Positions 29,685 through 39,767 of a stretch of 64,000 nt of DNA are shown piece after piece (position 1 is the stretch's first letter; each line of letters begins with the position of its first letter). The notes under the pieces were generated by a model. It was not told the origin of the DNA. It searched no databases and saw only the letters and a list, made by a program, of their open reading frames with translations. The stretch is taken from positions 256,001 through 320,000 of the forward strand of contig CBDCYI010000009.1 of assembly GCA_965224085.1 (NCBI GenBank), written 5' to 3'. The translations under genes were made by a program, and so were the position numbers. The DNA comes from Candidatus Marinacidobacterales bacterium (lineage in GTDB: Bacteria; Acidobacteriota; Vicinamibacteria; Marinacidobacterales; SMYC01).

Positions 29685-31006
29685 ACGCTCGCCTCGTTTT
29701 CGTTCCAAGGCGCGACTTTAGGCAGCAGAAGCAGGCCCGGTATGGCGGTGACGGCGCAAAACACGAAGAAGAGCGACCATCCCAAGCCTGCGAAACCGAG
29801 ACTTGGGACGCCATCGACCATGACACCTGTGATGACGCCCGTCAATAGTCTCGGAAGCGCCATAAGGCTCGTAAACAACGCAAGCTGCGTGGCGGTGAAG
29901 CGAAGGTTTGTTTCTCTCGCCTGGAAGGCCACCAAAGCCGAGGTCCCGAGCCCAACACCCAGATATTCGAAAGTCACCGCACCGACCAGAACCCAAATAT
30001 TGTCCCCTTGCGTCGCGAGAAAAGCGAGCCCCAGAATCGAAAGCAACTGAACCACTCCGAACATCCAGATCGACTTGTTGATGCCGATGCGAAACATGAT
30101 GAATCCGCCGGCAAAGATCCCCACGCCCGCCGAGGTGAGCGAGACTCCCTTGGACACCAGCCCGATCTCCCACGGACCGAAACCCATGTCAACATAGAAA
30201 GGCGTGATGAGCGCGGTCGCGAGCGCGTCTCCAAATTTGTAGAGCAGCATGAACGCGAGCACATAGAGCGCCTTGTGAAGCCCACCACGGCGTTCAAACA
30301 AAAACTCCTTGAAGGGCAAGATAACGGCGTCGCGGAGGGTTTTGGGAGGCGAGCCGTGGATCTTGGGCTCTTTCACTGTGAGCGTCAATAGCAAGCCGGG
30401 TAACATGCAAAGAGCCGCGACGATATGCACCAAGCGCCAATCGATGTAGGCAGACAAGATGACCGGAAGGCTGAAAGAGGCCAAGCTAGCGTAGCGCCAA
30501 GCGTTGACGTGGAACGCGCTTCCGAGACCTAGCTCGTTATCGGGTAGGATCTCACGGCGATAGGCATCGATGGCAATGTCCTGAAGAGCGGCCCCGCAGA
30601 CCACGAAAAAATACAAATACGCAATGCCCAAAATCTCTTGTTTGGGATTGAAGAATCCCATCCCCGCAATCAGAAGCATGAGGGTGATTTGTGATCCGAG
30701 CATCCATGTCCGGCGTCTTCCGAAACTCGCAACGGCGTATCGATCCAGCAAGGGAGCCACCAGGAACTTCCAGGTGAACGGCAATTGGAGAACGGCGAGC
30801 GAGCCGATGCTGATCAAACTCACGTCGTTCGTACGCAGCCAATAAGGGATGAGCGAATACACGTACCAGTAGGGCGCACCCGAGGAGAACCCGATGAATA
30901 CGCATATGAGCATGCGTGGATTCCATACGGCCTTAAAGAGCGGGACCTTTGGCTCCTCGCCACCCCCGGTTCCGACATCTCGTGTTTCTGCAGTCGACCC
31001 GGTCAA
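29681..31006 (-). CDS. ampG: AmpG-family muropeptide MFS permease
   Basis: GFSSGAP, PFTWKFLVAPLLDRY, GRRRTW, QDIAIDAYRRE, LYKFGDA, TATQLALFTS. Confidence 0.92.
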   Translation of the reverse strand: MTGSTAETRDVGTGGGEEPKVPLFKAVWNPRMLICVFIGFSSGAPYWYVYSLIPYWLRTNDVSLISIGSLAVLQLPFTWKFLVAPLLDRYAVASFGRRRTWMLGSQITLMLLIAGMGFFNPKQEILGIAYLYFFVVCGAALQDIAIDAYRREILPDNELGLGSAFHVNAWRYASLASFSLPVILSAYIDWRLVHIVAALCMLPGLLLTLTVKEPKIHGSPPKTLRDAVILPFKEFLFERRGGLHKALYVLAFMLLYKFGDALATALITPFYVDMGFGPWEIGLVSKGVSLTSAGVGIFAGGFIMFRIGINKSIWMFGVVQLLSILGLAFLATQGDNIWVLVGAVTFEYLGVGLGTSALVAFQARETNLRFTATQLALFTSLMALPRLLTGVITGVMVDGVPSLGFAGLGWSLFFVFCAVTAIPGLLLLPKVAPWNENEASV

Positions 31007-31007
31007 G

Positions 31008-32642
31008 CTAGCTCCTTCGGAGATAGAACGTCTCGAGACCTTCGAGCTCCTCCTGCTTGCGCGCCGCGCTCCAACCGAGTTCCGACTGTATGACGTCTGC
31101 GCACGCTTCGAGGACGGCGCGGCCCGGATGCCCCGCGGTACCGAGCTCGGTCCGTCGCAACACCACCGACGCGAGGTCGGACGCCATTTCTTCGCGTACC
31201 GCGTGACGCACTTCCGCGGCGAGGACGGGGCTCTCGGGGACGATGCGCTCGCGGTCCCCTTTCAAAATCTCGCTATAGGTGGAACCGTACGTGTATACGA
31301 GGTGTCTCATAACATCCGGCGGCGCATCGCCCCGTGCACTCGCAACGAAATCGTCGAAGCTTTCAATGTCACCACCGACTAGCGCCCTCTCTGATGACCG
31401 CGACGCGCTTGGAGCTTTTTGCAAAAGATCGAGCGCCCGGTCGACGGCCTTCTCAGCCACGTCGCGCGCCGTCGTGTATTTGACGCCCACGATCGTGAGA
31501 AGCCCTTCCACGCCATCGTCACGATGGTCGTCTAGACGATAGGTCTTCTGCAGCGTGACCACCGCACCGTTCGCCGATGCGGGTACCCGTGGCAACAGCC
31601 CGCGATGGATCAAGCGGACATCGCTACGCTCGAGCTTCGCGGCGGGATAGGCGGCGTTCACGTCGTCCATGAGATCCTGGACGTCCTCTTCCGTAGCTTC
31701 GAGTTCATCGGGGAGGCCGTCGAAGAGAGCGTGGCTCGTGCCCACGAGCGTCACGTCGCGCCACGGGACCAGGCAGAGAAAGCGGCCGCCTGCGCTCACG
31801 ACGGCGTCGGCGTCGCGATGCACGCGGCGGCTCGTGACGCCAATCGCCACATCGTTGACGATCGGGCGCGTGACGAGGTTCATGGCTTTCGAGAGATGGA
31901 AGAGCTTTCGGGGCGTGGGGCTCAATCCATCCACCCAAGGACCGGCGGCGTTCACGACGAGACGACCTCTAAGCTCGAGGCCGTCTTCGCCTGTGAGCAC
32001 GTCACGAGCGCGTACGCCTTTCACACGCGAGCCGACGCGCATGAGCTCTGTCGCCTCGACGAAATTCGCGACCACGGTTCCTTCCTTCGCTGCCGAGAGC
32101 ACGAAGGACAACGTGAGGCGGTCAGAGTTGTACATCTGTGCGTCGTACCAGAGCACCCCGCCCGTCAAACCGTCGCGATCGATCCCGGGTGCCATCTCGA
32201 GACAAGCGTCGCGCGTCAGTGCCTTGCCGGCTGGAAGATGTTTCTGGCGATCCGCGAGTTCGTTGCGATCCCAGCTCACGAGATCGTTGAGAAAGAGCGC
32301 CGCCCGCATCGCGGTGCGGCTCTTTAGAAAGCTCCCGCGATAAGTCGGGACAAGAAACGGCAACGGGTGCACGAGGTGCGGCGCGATGCGCATGAGGTTC
32401 CTGCGCTCGCGCACCGATTCGCGCATCCGGGTGAAATCCGCGTGTTGCAGATAGCGGAGGCCGCCATGGATGGTCTTGAGATTGTTGAAAGAGGTACCGC
32501 TTCCGAAATCACCTTTGTCGATGAGCGCGACCGAAAGCCCGCGCAGCGAAGCATCCCAGGCCGTCGCGGCACCATAAACACCGGCGCCGACAACGACGAG
32601 GTCGAACTCGCGATCGGCAAGCGCAGCGATATCTCTTTTCAT
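31008..32642 (-). CDS. glpD: FAD-dependent glycerol-3-phosphate dehydrogenase/oxidase family
   Basis: VVGAGVYG, DFGSGTS, IHGGLRYL, APHLVHPLPF, VVNAAGPW, GVKYTTAR. Confidence 0.85.
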   Translation of the reverse strand: MKRDIAALADREFDLVVVGAGVYGAATAWDASLRGLSVALIDKGDFGSGTSFNNLKTIHGGLRYLQHADFTRMRESVRERRNLMRIAPHLVHPLPFLVPTYRGSFLKSRTAMRAALFLNDLVSWDRNELADRQKHLPAGKALTRDACLEMAPGIDRDGLTGGVLWYDAQMYNSDRLTLSFVLSAAKEGTVVANFVEATELMRVGSRVKGVRARDVLTGEDGLELRGRLVVNAAGPWVDGLSPTPRKLFHLSKAMNLVTRPIVNDVAIGVTSRRVHRDADAVVSAGGRFLCLVPWRDVTLVGTSHALFDGLPDELEATEEDVQDLMDDVNAAYPAAKLERSDVRLIHRGLLPRVPASANGAVVTLQKTYRLDDHRDDGVEGLLTIVGVKYTTARDVAEKAVDRALDLLQKAPSASRSSERALVGGDIESFDDFVASARGDAPPDVMRHLVYTYGSTYSEILKGDRERIVPESPVLAAEVRHAVREEMASDLASVVLRRTELGTAGHPGRAVLEACADVIQSELGWSAARKQEELEGLETFYLRRS

Positions 32643-32648
32643 CGACGT

Positions 32649-32657
32649 ACTATAATA
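32649..32657. promoter_or_regulatory. Overlapping divergent -10 boxes (bidirectional promoter)
   Basis: TATAAT (+, 32651-32656) and TATAGT (-, 32654-32649) in a 32-bp gap. The minus box is 6 nt from the glpD ATG. Confidence 0.6.
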
Positions 32658-32674
32658 CTCGGCCTGCCGAGACC

Positions 32675-33457
32675 ATGATGCCGAACCCCGCCCCCACGGA
32701 AACTGTCCTCGATCGCGTAAGACACTATTGGAACGCACGCATCCACGACTTGGAGATGACGGAGCACGATCCGGGAACGCCGGAATTTTTCTCGGACCTC
32801 GATGAATATCGCTTCGACAAGCTTCGCTACTTGCCGGAAGTCGTCGATTTCAACGGCTATGCCGGCAGGGAGCTTCTCGAAGTCGGCTGCGGCATCGGGA
32901 CGGATCTCGTGCGGTTCGCGCGGGGCGGCGCGAAGGTGACCGGCGTCGACTTGTCGGAATCCGCGCTCGCGCTCGCCAAGCGAAACGCTGACCAGGCCGG
33001 CGTGACCATGCGCCTCGAGCTTGCGAACGGTGAGGACCTACCTTTCAACGACACCTCGTTCGACATCGTCTACGGGCACGGCGTGCTGCAATACACCGCC
33101 AACGCCAACCACATGATGGCCGAGTGCCGCCGGGTGCTGCGTCCGGGAGGGACCGCGATCTTCATGGTCTATAACCGCATTTCCTGGCTCAACGGGCTCT
33201 CGAAGCTGATGCATGTCGAGCTCGAGCACGAGGACGCCCCTGTCTTGAAGAAATATTCCATCGCGGAGTTCAAGAGCTTGCTTTCGATATTCAGCGAGGC
33301 GCGGATCGTCCCGGAGCGCTTCCCGGTGAAGTCGCGACTTCACCGCGGGTGGAAGGGGTACGCATTCAACAGCTTATTCGTCGTCACGTTCAATTCGCTG
33401 CCGCGAGCTTGGGTCCGCCCTCTCGGCTGGCATCTCATGGCGTTTTGTAAAAGATGA
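32675..33457 (+). CDS. Class I SAM-dependent methyltransferase
   Basis: LLEVGCGIG, GVDLS, LPFNDTSFDIVY, RVLRPGG. Confidence 0.92.
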   Translation: MMPNPAPTETVLDRVRHYWNARIHDLEMTEHDPGTPEFFSDLDEYRFDKLRYLPEVVDFNGYAGRELLEVGCGIGTDLVRFARGGAKVTGVDLSESALALAKRNADQAGVTMRLELANGEDLPFNDTSFDIVYGHGVLQYTANANHMMAECRRVLRPGGTAIFMVYNRISWLNGLSKLMHVELEHEDAPVLKKYSIAEFKSLLSIFSEARIVPERFPVKSRLHRGWKGYAFNSLFVVTFNSLPRAWVRPLGWHLMAFCKR

Positions 33458-33771
33458 CAGACACGTTCTCGCTCTACGATCTGCGGGTCACGGTCGTCGA
33501 GATCCGGGGACGCTCGGTCTGCGGCATGAAGGTAGGCGACAGCTTCGAGCTACGCAACAGCAGCCAGCTCGTGCTTCCGCACGGCCAGCATTTCTGTATC
33601 TACGCGCTCGCGGCCGTTGTGCCACTCCTCCCCGCCAAGCAGCGCGATCTTTCTGACAACGACTGGCTCGCTTCGGACAACCTCGTCGTGTGTCCGGATC
33701 CCGACGAGGGGCTCGTGATGAAGATCGAGCGACTCGAGAAAGTCGAGCTATCGAAGAGCGAGCTCACCTGA
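33454..33771 (+). CDS. TIGR04076-family small Cys protein
   Basis: LYDLRVTVVEI..C.MKVGD, FCIYALAAVVPLLPAKQR, CPDP. Confidence 0.75.
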   Translation: MTDTFSLYDLRVTVVEIRGRSVCGMKVGDSFELRNSSQLVLPHGQHFCIYALAAVVPLLPAKQRDLSDNDWLASDNLVVCPDPDEGLVMKIERLEKVELSKSELT

Positions 33772-33774
33772 GCC

Positions 33775-34767
33775 ATGGCGCGTTTCGCGATCTCGTTTCA
33801 AAGCGATAAATCGATCGCCGAGTATCGCGAGCTCGCGGACGTCGTGGATCGATACGACTTTCAAGCAGTGAGCGTGTATCAGGACCTCTTCTTTCAGCCT
33901 CCGTGGCCCGCACTCTTCGAGCTAGCGGAGCACACCACACAACCCTTGCTCGGCCCCGCGGTCGTCAACCCCTACTTATCGCACCCAGTTCTCGTCGCCG
34001 GCCATCTCGCGATGCTCGATGAGGTGAGCCGTGGACGCGCTTATCTCGGCGTCGGCCGCGGCGCTTTTTTCGAAGCCATCGGCGTCCCGCAGCCGAGACC
34101 GCTTCAGGCGATCCGGGAAACGGTGGAGCTCGTGCAACGCTTCTTGCGTGGTGATCGCGAGCCATATCGGGGCGAGATCTTCGAGGCCTCTGAGCAAGCC
34201 TATTTGCGCTTCCCGATTCCGAGCCGTGAGCTTCCCGTGCTCGTAGGCGGCTGGGGGCCGAAGACCATAGCCCTCGCCGGCGAGATCGCCGACATGATCA
34301 AAGTGGGTGGCTGCGCCAATCCAGAGAGCGCTCCGGTCTTTCGCGGTTACTTGAAGGCCGGAGCGGAAGCCGCCGGCCGCGATCCGAAGAGCATCGAGCT
34401 CATCTATGGCGCGGTGACGGTCATCGATCACGACCCGCGTGTCGCTGAGTCGGTCGCACGTCGGAACGTCGCGATGTATGTCGGTGTCACGGGGCGGCTC
34501 GACCCCACCTACTCGCCGCCGGAAATGAATGTGGTGGAGGGTGCTCTAGCCGCAGGGGATAAAGAAGCCGCGGCCGAAGCACTCACAAAAGACACGCTCC
34601 GACGTTTCTGCGCTTATGGCACCCCTCGCGACATCATTGCGCATATGGAGACACTCTTCGATGCCGGGGTCGACGTTTTCGAGCTCGGCACTCCGCACGG
34701 CGTGCGCGAAGCCGACGCCATTCGCATGATCGGCGAAGAGGTGCTCCCCTATTTCGAGGAACGCTAG
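33775..34767 (+). CDS. LLM-class flavin/F420-dependent oxidoreductase (Mer-like)
   Basis: LGPAVVNPYLSHP, LDEVSRGRAYLGVGRG, GPKTIALAGEIAD, GTPHG. Confidence 0.88.
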   Translation: MARFAISFQSDKSIAEYRELADVVDRYDFQAVSVYQDLFFQPPWPALFELAEHTTQPLLGPAVVNPYLSHPVLVAGHLAMLDEVSRGRAYLGVGRGAFFEAIGVPQPRPLQAIRETVELVQRFLRGDREPYRGEIFEASEQAYLRFPIPSRELPVLVGGWGPKTIALAGEIADMIKVGGCANPESAPVFRGYLKAGAEAAGRDPKSIELIYGAVTVIDHDPRVAESVARRNVAMYVGVTGRLDPTYSPPEMNVVEGALAAGDKEAAAEALTKDTLRRFCAYGTPRDIIAHMETLFDAGVDVFELGTPHGVREADAIRMIGEEVLPYFEER

Positions 34768-35486
34768 CGCGTGACGCGTCCTTTGGACGTGACGCGAAAC
34801 GGCTCTGGAAGCGCGCTTTCGACTTTCTTGCGATACCCCTTCACCTCCCACTCGAGCTTCACGAACGCTTCGCCAATCCGAATCTTGACGCGCATCGAGT
34901 CCTCATCGGGGTTCACGAGCGTCTCCAAGAGGGGTTCGCGCGCACTCTCGTCAGCATAGGATTCGAGGCATTCCACCGAGGCGAAGCGCACCGTGTCGTC
35001 CGGGCTCTTGAGACAAGGGATCATACCGGCGACGATCTCTGGTCGGTCCAAGCTCTCGAGCGCGCTTACGATCTGCGTCGCCTTCTCGCCGCGGATGTGT
35101 ACTGGATCGCCTTCACTCAGCACTTCCAAAAGAAAAGGGATGAGCTTGTCTTTCGGAACTAGCCGCTTCAAGGCGTCGATCGCCCACGTGATTTTGTCGT
35201 AGTTGCGGATGTAGCGCACGAGAGGCTCGACGCCGTCGTCACCGAAACCGACAAGAACTTCCTGGATCGTTTTCTTCTCTTCTTGATCGGTGCCTAGATT
35301 CTCCGACGTTGCGGAGAACCGTCGCGCGAGACCGTAAATCGCTTCGGGAGTTCCAATGTCTCGAAGCTTATCTGCCGCTTCCATGCGCGCCTCGTGCTGC
35401 GCGTAGCGCTCGAGGAGTGTTTTCGTACTGCGCTGTATGCGAAACTTGAGTCGTCCTTCGGCAGTCAGAAGATCTTTGATGCCCAT
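34764..35486 (-). CDS. HEAT-repeat protein
   Basis: RMEAADKL, DDTVRFASVECL and similar helical repeats; TAATG coupling to the upstream gene. Confidence 0.75.
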   Translation of the reverse strand: MGIKDLLTAEGRLKFRIQRSTKTLLERYAQHEARMEAADKLRDIGTPEAIYGLARRFSATSENLGTDQEEKKTIQEVLVGFGDDGVEPLVRYIRNYDKITWAIDALKRLVPKDKLIPFLLEVLSEGDPVHIRGEKATQIVSALESLDRPEIVAGMIPCLKSPDDTVRFASVECLESYADESAREPLLETLVNPDEDSMRVKIRIGEAFVKLEWEVKGYRKKVESALPEPFRVTSKGRVTR

Positions 35487-36718
35487 TACGAAGATAGCTC
35501 CCATTCGGGAGGAGGCCCACCCAATGCGAGGTCGAAGAAATCCATGATGCGGTTCCAGAAAATTCCCTCAGGCGGATAGTTGTCGAAGCCATGCTCTCCA
35601 CCTGGAAGAACCCATAGCGTACTTTCTAACCCCGCGCGTTTACGCGCGTCGTGCATCAACTCCGAATGCGCGATCGGAACTTGCCGATCTGCATCTCCAT
35701 GCACGAAAAGCACGGGCGCCTCGATCTCGTTGATGAATTCCGCGGGACGGACGCTTCGCAAATCAACGCCCGCACGCAATCGCACGGCAAGAAACAACGG
35801 ATAGCGAAGCGCCGTATATCCACCGCGAGACGAGAGCATCGCGCCGGCCGCGTCCCAGAAATCGCCGAAAGGCGCATCGAGTGCAAGGGCTGGAAGCTCC
35901 CGATCCCCTGCAGCTGCATAGATTGCGGACGCAGCGCCGTTGGACGTTCCGAAGAGCACGACGCGCTTCGGGTCGATACCCGGGTGGTGACGCGCCCAGC
36001 GAAGGATGGCTTTGACATCGTGGCGCTCGTTCACGGTATAGGTAATGTACTCCCCTTCGCTCGCCCCCCGGCCGCTCAGATCCATCGTGATCAGCCCGTA
36101 CCCGCGATGATGCCAATATTTGGCGCCGTTTTCGAGCGCTTGAAAACGCGAGGCGTTCGCGCCATGCACGAAAATGCCAACGCGTCCGTCGCTGCGCTGA
36201 GGCGGTGGGATATACCACCCACGCAACAGATACCCGTTATCGGAGGCGATCTCGATCTCTTCGTAAGGCAGGTCCAAATCGCCGGGGTGCCGCACGAAAG
36301 CGCGAAGCGTCATCGTCAGTGTCCGCTCGGGCTCTCCTTGCGAGACGGCGGTCAGCCGCACCGTCTCGCCGGCTTCGAAATTCCTGACGAGGTGGCTCAT
36401 CAACTCCCGCGACGACGAAAACGTCTCACCTTCGACAGAGGTGACGACGTCACCGCGCTCGAGGCCGATCTCGCGCGCCATTTCCCACGGGCGCATGATA
36501 CGCAGGCCGGGCGGTTCCTCCGACGCCCGGGTGAATCCGAGAAACGCGTAGCCGGGTACCGGGCCGTCCTTCGCGATCCCCTCGCCCCAACACTCTTCGC
36601 CCGCGACCCGACGCTGCCCCGTGATGTAATTGACCGCCATTCGATCGACGAAAAGCGCTCCGAAGACAAAGCCGGCCCCCAGGGCGAGGACCAAGAACGC
36701 AACGACGATCTTTTTCAT
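35486..36718 (-). CDS. PDZ domain plus alpha/beta hydrolase, membrane-anchored
   Basis: GLERGDVVTSVEG (PDZ); VHG, GTSNG nucleophile elbow, HGDAD and GEHG catalytic triad. Confidence 0.85.
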   Translation of the reverse strand: MKKIVVAFLVLALGAGFVFGALFVDRMAVNYITGQRRVAGEECWGEGIAKDGPVPGYAFLGFTRASEEPPGLRIMRPWEMAREIGLERGDVVTSVEGETFSSSRELMSHLVRNFEAGETVRLTAVSQGEPERTLTMTLRAFVRHPGDLDLPYEEIEIASDNGYLLRGWYIPPPQRSDGRVGIFVHGANASRFQALENGAKYWHHRGYGLITMDLSGRGASEGEYITYTVNERHDVKAILRWARHHPGIDPKRVVLFGTSNGAASAIYAAAGDRELPALALDAPFGDFWDAAGAMLSSRGGYTALRYPLFLAVRLRAGVDLRSVRPAEFINEIEAPVLFVHGDADRQVPIAHSELMHDARKRAGLESTLWVLPGGEHGFDNYPPEGIFWNRIMDFFDLALGGPPPEWELSS

Positions 36719-36767
36719 GGTGGGTGCATGATATCGCAGCATGCACCGCTAACGGGTGGCGGCCGCG

Positions 36768-37142
36768 TCAGTCTCCGGGTTCATCGGCGGACGCGGTTCC
36801 CTTCTTGCACCACAGGTCGATGAGCCGAAGGACCTCATCGCGTGTGGTGTTGACGAACTCGATGAACTCCACGCCGACCATGTAACGTTTGGAGTCCTTT
36901 TGTTTGCGCCGATAAACGATGCGCCCTTCGATCAGCGCCGTAGCCGGCAGGTCGCCGAGCCGGCCCATGATGATTTTGGATTGAGCCGAGAGCGGGAGCT
37001 TACTCCGCGTCTCGAAGCACAACCCGCCTCCCGAGATATCGCGGCTTTCGATCGAGACCGCTTTTTCGTAAAGCCGGCCGCCGCCCACCGTGATGAACAG
37101 CGGAACCCTCAGACTGGTACGCTCGAAACGTCGTTCAGTCAA
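36768..37142 (-). CDS. PilZ-domain protein
   Basis: ERRFER and DISGGG c-di-GMP-binding motifs. Confidence 0.88.
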   Translation of the reverse strand: MTERRFERTSLRVPLFITVGGGRLYEKAVSIESRDISGGGLCFETRSKLPLSAQSKIIMGRLGDLPATALIEGRIVYRRKQKDSKRYMVGVEFIEFVNTTRDEVLRLIDLWCKKGTASADEPGD

Positions 37143-37345
37143 TGAATATTCCTGTCGCGAGGCTCAGACGCCATCCCGACGCTGTCGAGGTCGCGAAGGC
37201 GTTTTTCGAGGAGATCCCGCACGAGCTCCGCGCATTCGACGAGGCCCCGATCGCTCATCTGCGTCCACTCAATATGTTTGTATTCCCTTCCCGTTGCACT
37301 CGAGATACAGCCTTCCAAAACCCGAATAAAGGAGTCGCGATCCAT
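37139..37345 (-). CDS. Small hypothetical protein
   Basis: RBS GGGGAG; 68 aa; stop overlaps the PilZ gene start. Confidence 0.55.
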   Translation of the reverse strand: MDRDSFIRVLEGCISSATGREYKHIEWTQMSDRGLVECAELVRDLLEKRLRDLDSVGMASEPRDRNIH

Positions 37346-37587
37346 GATGGTCTCCCCACAAGTAGCCATTAAATAAGACTCATTCCTATAAGCCATACCG
37401 TCCGGAGGACGGCGCATCATGGTGGGGACCTTACGAGTACCGCAATCCCGGCCACCATGTCAAGCGCCGCCCCTTCCCCTTTTCCGTTTAACGCGCGAAT
37501 TCCTGCACCTTTGCGTTATCTTTTCGAGCACACTGCCTGTCAGCAGAGATTAGCTGTAATAATTCCTCGACCGGAGCGTATTAAGAA

Positions 37588-38142
37588 GTGGAAATGTCCA
37601 GCCGCGATGAGCTCGAGAGCTTGGCGGAACAAGCTCGACAAGGAAGCTCGGAGGCCTGGGCCGAACTCTATGAAGCCAATGCACCCGCGATATTCCGACT
37701 TTGCCGCCGAGCTCTCAACAACCGGCAAGACGCTGAAGACGCCACCGCCGCCGTCTTTCTCAAGGCAAGGATGCGCCTCAAACAATTTGACACTTCGCGA
37801 CCCTTCGCACCTTGGATCTATCGCGTCGCGGCGAACCACTGCTGGGACGAGCTGCGCAAGCGAAGAACCCACGGCGAGTGGGACGAGGCCGAATCGGAGC
37901 TCCAAAAACTGCAAGACGATGCCCCAACGCCTCAGCAGGCGGTTTTGCTCAACGAGACCAAACGGAACGTCCGGAACGCCATCGCCGAGCTCGACGAACG
38001 AGCTCGGCTCGCCGTCATCCTGCGGTACTTCGCCGACATGAGCTACGAAGAGATCGGCGATGTGCTCGGCATTTCGAGCAATTTCACAGGGGTTTTGTTG
38101 CTGCGAGCGCGGCGTCAAATGAGGACGAGGCTCAAACAGTGA
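37588..38142 (+). CDS. ECF sigma factor (RpoE/SigW-like)
   Basis: DAEDATAAVFLKA, FAPWIYRVAANHC, MSYEEIGDVLGI, LLRAR. Confidence 0.92.
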   Translation: MEMSSRDELESLAEQARQGSSEAWAELYEANAPAIFRLCRRALNNRQDAEDATAAVFLKARMRLKQFDTSRPFAPWIYRVAANHCWDELRKRRTHGEWDEAESELQKLQDDAPTPQQAVLLNETKRNVRNAIAELDERARLAVILRYFADMSYEEIGDVLGISSNFTGVLLLRARRQMRTRLKQ

Positions 38143-39767
38143 GCGAGAGCACGAAGCACGTCGAGGAGCTGACCGTCATGAGGTTTTTGGACGGCGAGCT
38201 CTCGCAGGAGCGCGAACAGAAAACGCGCGAGCATCTAATCTGCTGCGCCAGCTGTCGCTCGGCCCACGAAGCCTTGAAGGCGGAGACCGAGCTCTTGCGC
38301 GCCGCCGTGCTCGAGCGTGAAGAAGCGTTACCCGGCCATCTGAGGCCGCGTCACGCCGACGTGTCGTGGGTACTGGTGGCGATGATCGCGTTCGGCACGC
38401 TCGCCGTCTCGAGCCTTTGGACGCGCTATGTCCAGCCCATCATCGAAAGCATGGAGAGCATCGGGCTCGACGGGACGAGCGTCGCGACATCCCTTGTCGT
38501 TCAAGGAGTTCTCTGGGAAGGTTGGTCCGATATGTTGACGAGTTTCGTCGAGGGCGTGTCCCTCTTACTAGTGGCGGTCGCCGCGGGCTACGTGCTGCAT
38601 TGGGGCTGGCGACGCTTTCTTTCGTCGGCGGTGACACTCTCGCTGCTGCTGGTCGCCCTCCCGGGCCTACTCGCAGCGCCTGCGAGTGTTTCGGCTGCGA
38701 TCATCAAGCACGACGTGGAAACCTACACGCTGCGAGAAGGAGAGGTTATCGATAACGATCTCATCGTCTTCGGCAAGAGAGTTGTGATCGAGGGGACCGT
38801 CGTTGGCGACCTCATTGTCGGCGCGGGCTCCGTCGAAGTTTTGGGCGAAGTGCAGGGGGACGTTCTCGGCTTTGCTGAGCGCATCGAGGTAAATGGCCGG
38901 GTTGGCGGCAATGTGCGCACCTGCGCTCGCACGCTCGTTGTCAACGGAGAGGTGGGGCGCAACATCACCGCGGGCGGCGAGGTCATTCGCTTAGGCCCGG
39001 GAGCGACACTCGGAGGAAGCTTCACTGCCGGGTCGAAAGAAGTGAGTTTACGCGCACCGGTCACGCGCGATCTCGTAATGGCGGCCGAAACGTCCGAGAT
39101 CCACGCGCGTATCGGCGGCTCGGCACTCGTCTTCGGCGAACGGCTCACGGTGGGCCCGACCGGGGCCATCGGCGGCGAGGCGAGATTTTTCGGCTCCCAA
39201 GAGCCGGAAGTCTCGGCTGATGCCGAGCTCACTTCGCCATTCGAGTTCGAAAGGGTCGACGACGACGACGAGTCGCTGACGTCCAGAGTTTGGGCCTTCT
39301 TCGGATACTGGGCCGCCGCGTTCATATTGGGTGCCGCGATCATGCTCGTGACCCCCGAAGCGACGGAAGGCGTCGTGACCCGCCACGTCCCCGACTATGG
39401 CAAGAGCTTCGTCGTCGGCGTCGTCGCGTCCGTCGTGCTCTTCGCGTTCACCTTCCTTGTGTCGGTCACCGTCGTCGGTCTTCCTCTCGGGTTGACGACG
39501 GCTTTCTTCCTGACTATCGGGCTGTACTTCGCGCAAGCGTATATCGGGGCCTATATCGGCCGCGAGATTCTCGGTACACCAACCAGTGCCGGGCAAGCGC
39601 TCGGCCGCGTGGCACTCGGACTGTTTTTGATTTACATTGCCAAGTCGATTCCCGTCGTCAATGTTGTCGTTACGATCATTGTAGCTATCTGGGGTTTTGG
39701 GGCGCTGTCGCTTTACCTCATCGACCAACTCAAACACGCAAAGAAGGCCGACCCGGCGGAGGCTTGA
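38139..39767 (+). CDS. Zinc-finger anti-sigma factor fused to bactofilin-like beta-helix repeats and a multi-TM C-terminus
   Basis: FLDGELS...HLICCASC (HxxxCxxC); repeated IEGTVVGDL/VLGEVQGDV/VNGRVGGNV; C-terminal VTVVGLPLG TM block; GTGA overlap with the sigma gene. Confidence 0.85.
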   Translation: MSESTKHVEELTVMRFLDGELSQEREQKTREHLICCASCRSAHEALKAETELLRAAVLEREEALPGHLRPRHADVSWVLVAMIAFGTLAVSSLWTRYVQPIIESMESIGLDGTSVATSLVVQGVLWEGWSDMLTSFVEGVSLLLVAVAAGYVLHWGWRRFLSSAVTLSLLLVALPGLLAAPASVSAAIIKHDVETYTLREGEVIDNDLIVFGKRVVIEGTVVGDLIVGAGSVEVLGEVQGDVLGFAERIEVNGRVGGNVRTCARTLVVNGEVGRNITAGGEVIRLGPGATLGGSFTAGSKEVSLRAPVTRDLVMAAETSEIHARIGGSALVFGERLTVGPTGAIGGEARFFGSQEPEVSADAELTSPFEFERVDDDDESLTSRVWAFFGYWAAAFILGAAIMLVTPEATEGVVTRHVPDYGKSFVVGVVASVVLFAFTFLVSVTVVGLPLGLTTAFFLTIGLYFAQAYIGAYIGREILGTPTSAGQALGRVALGLFLIYIAKSIPVVNVVVTIIVAIWGFGALSLYLIDQLKHAKKADPAEA

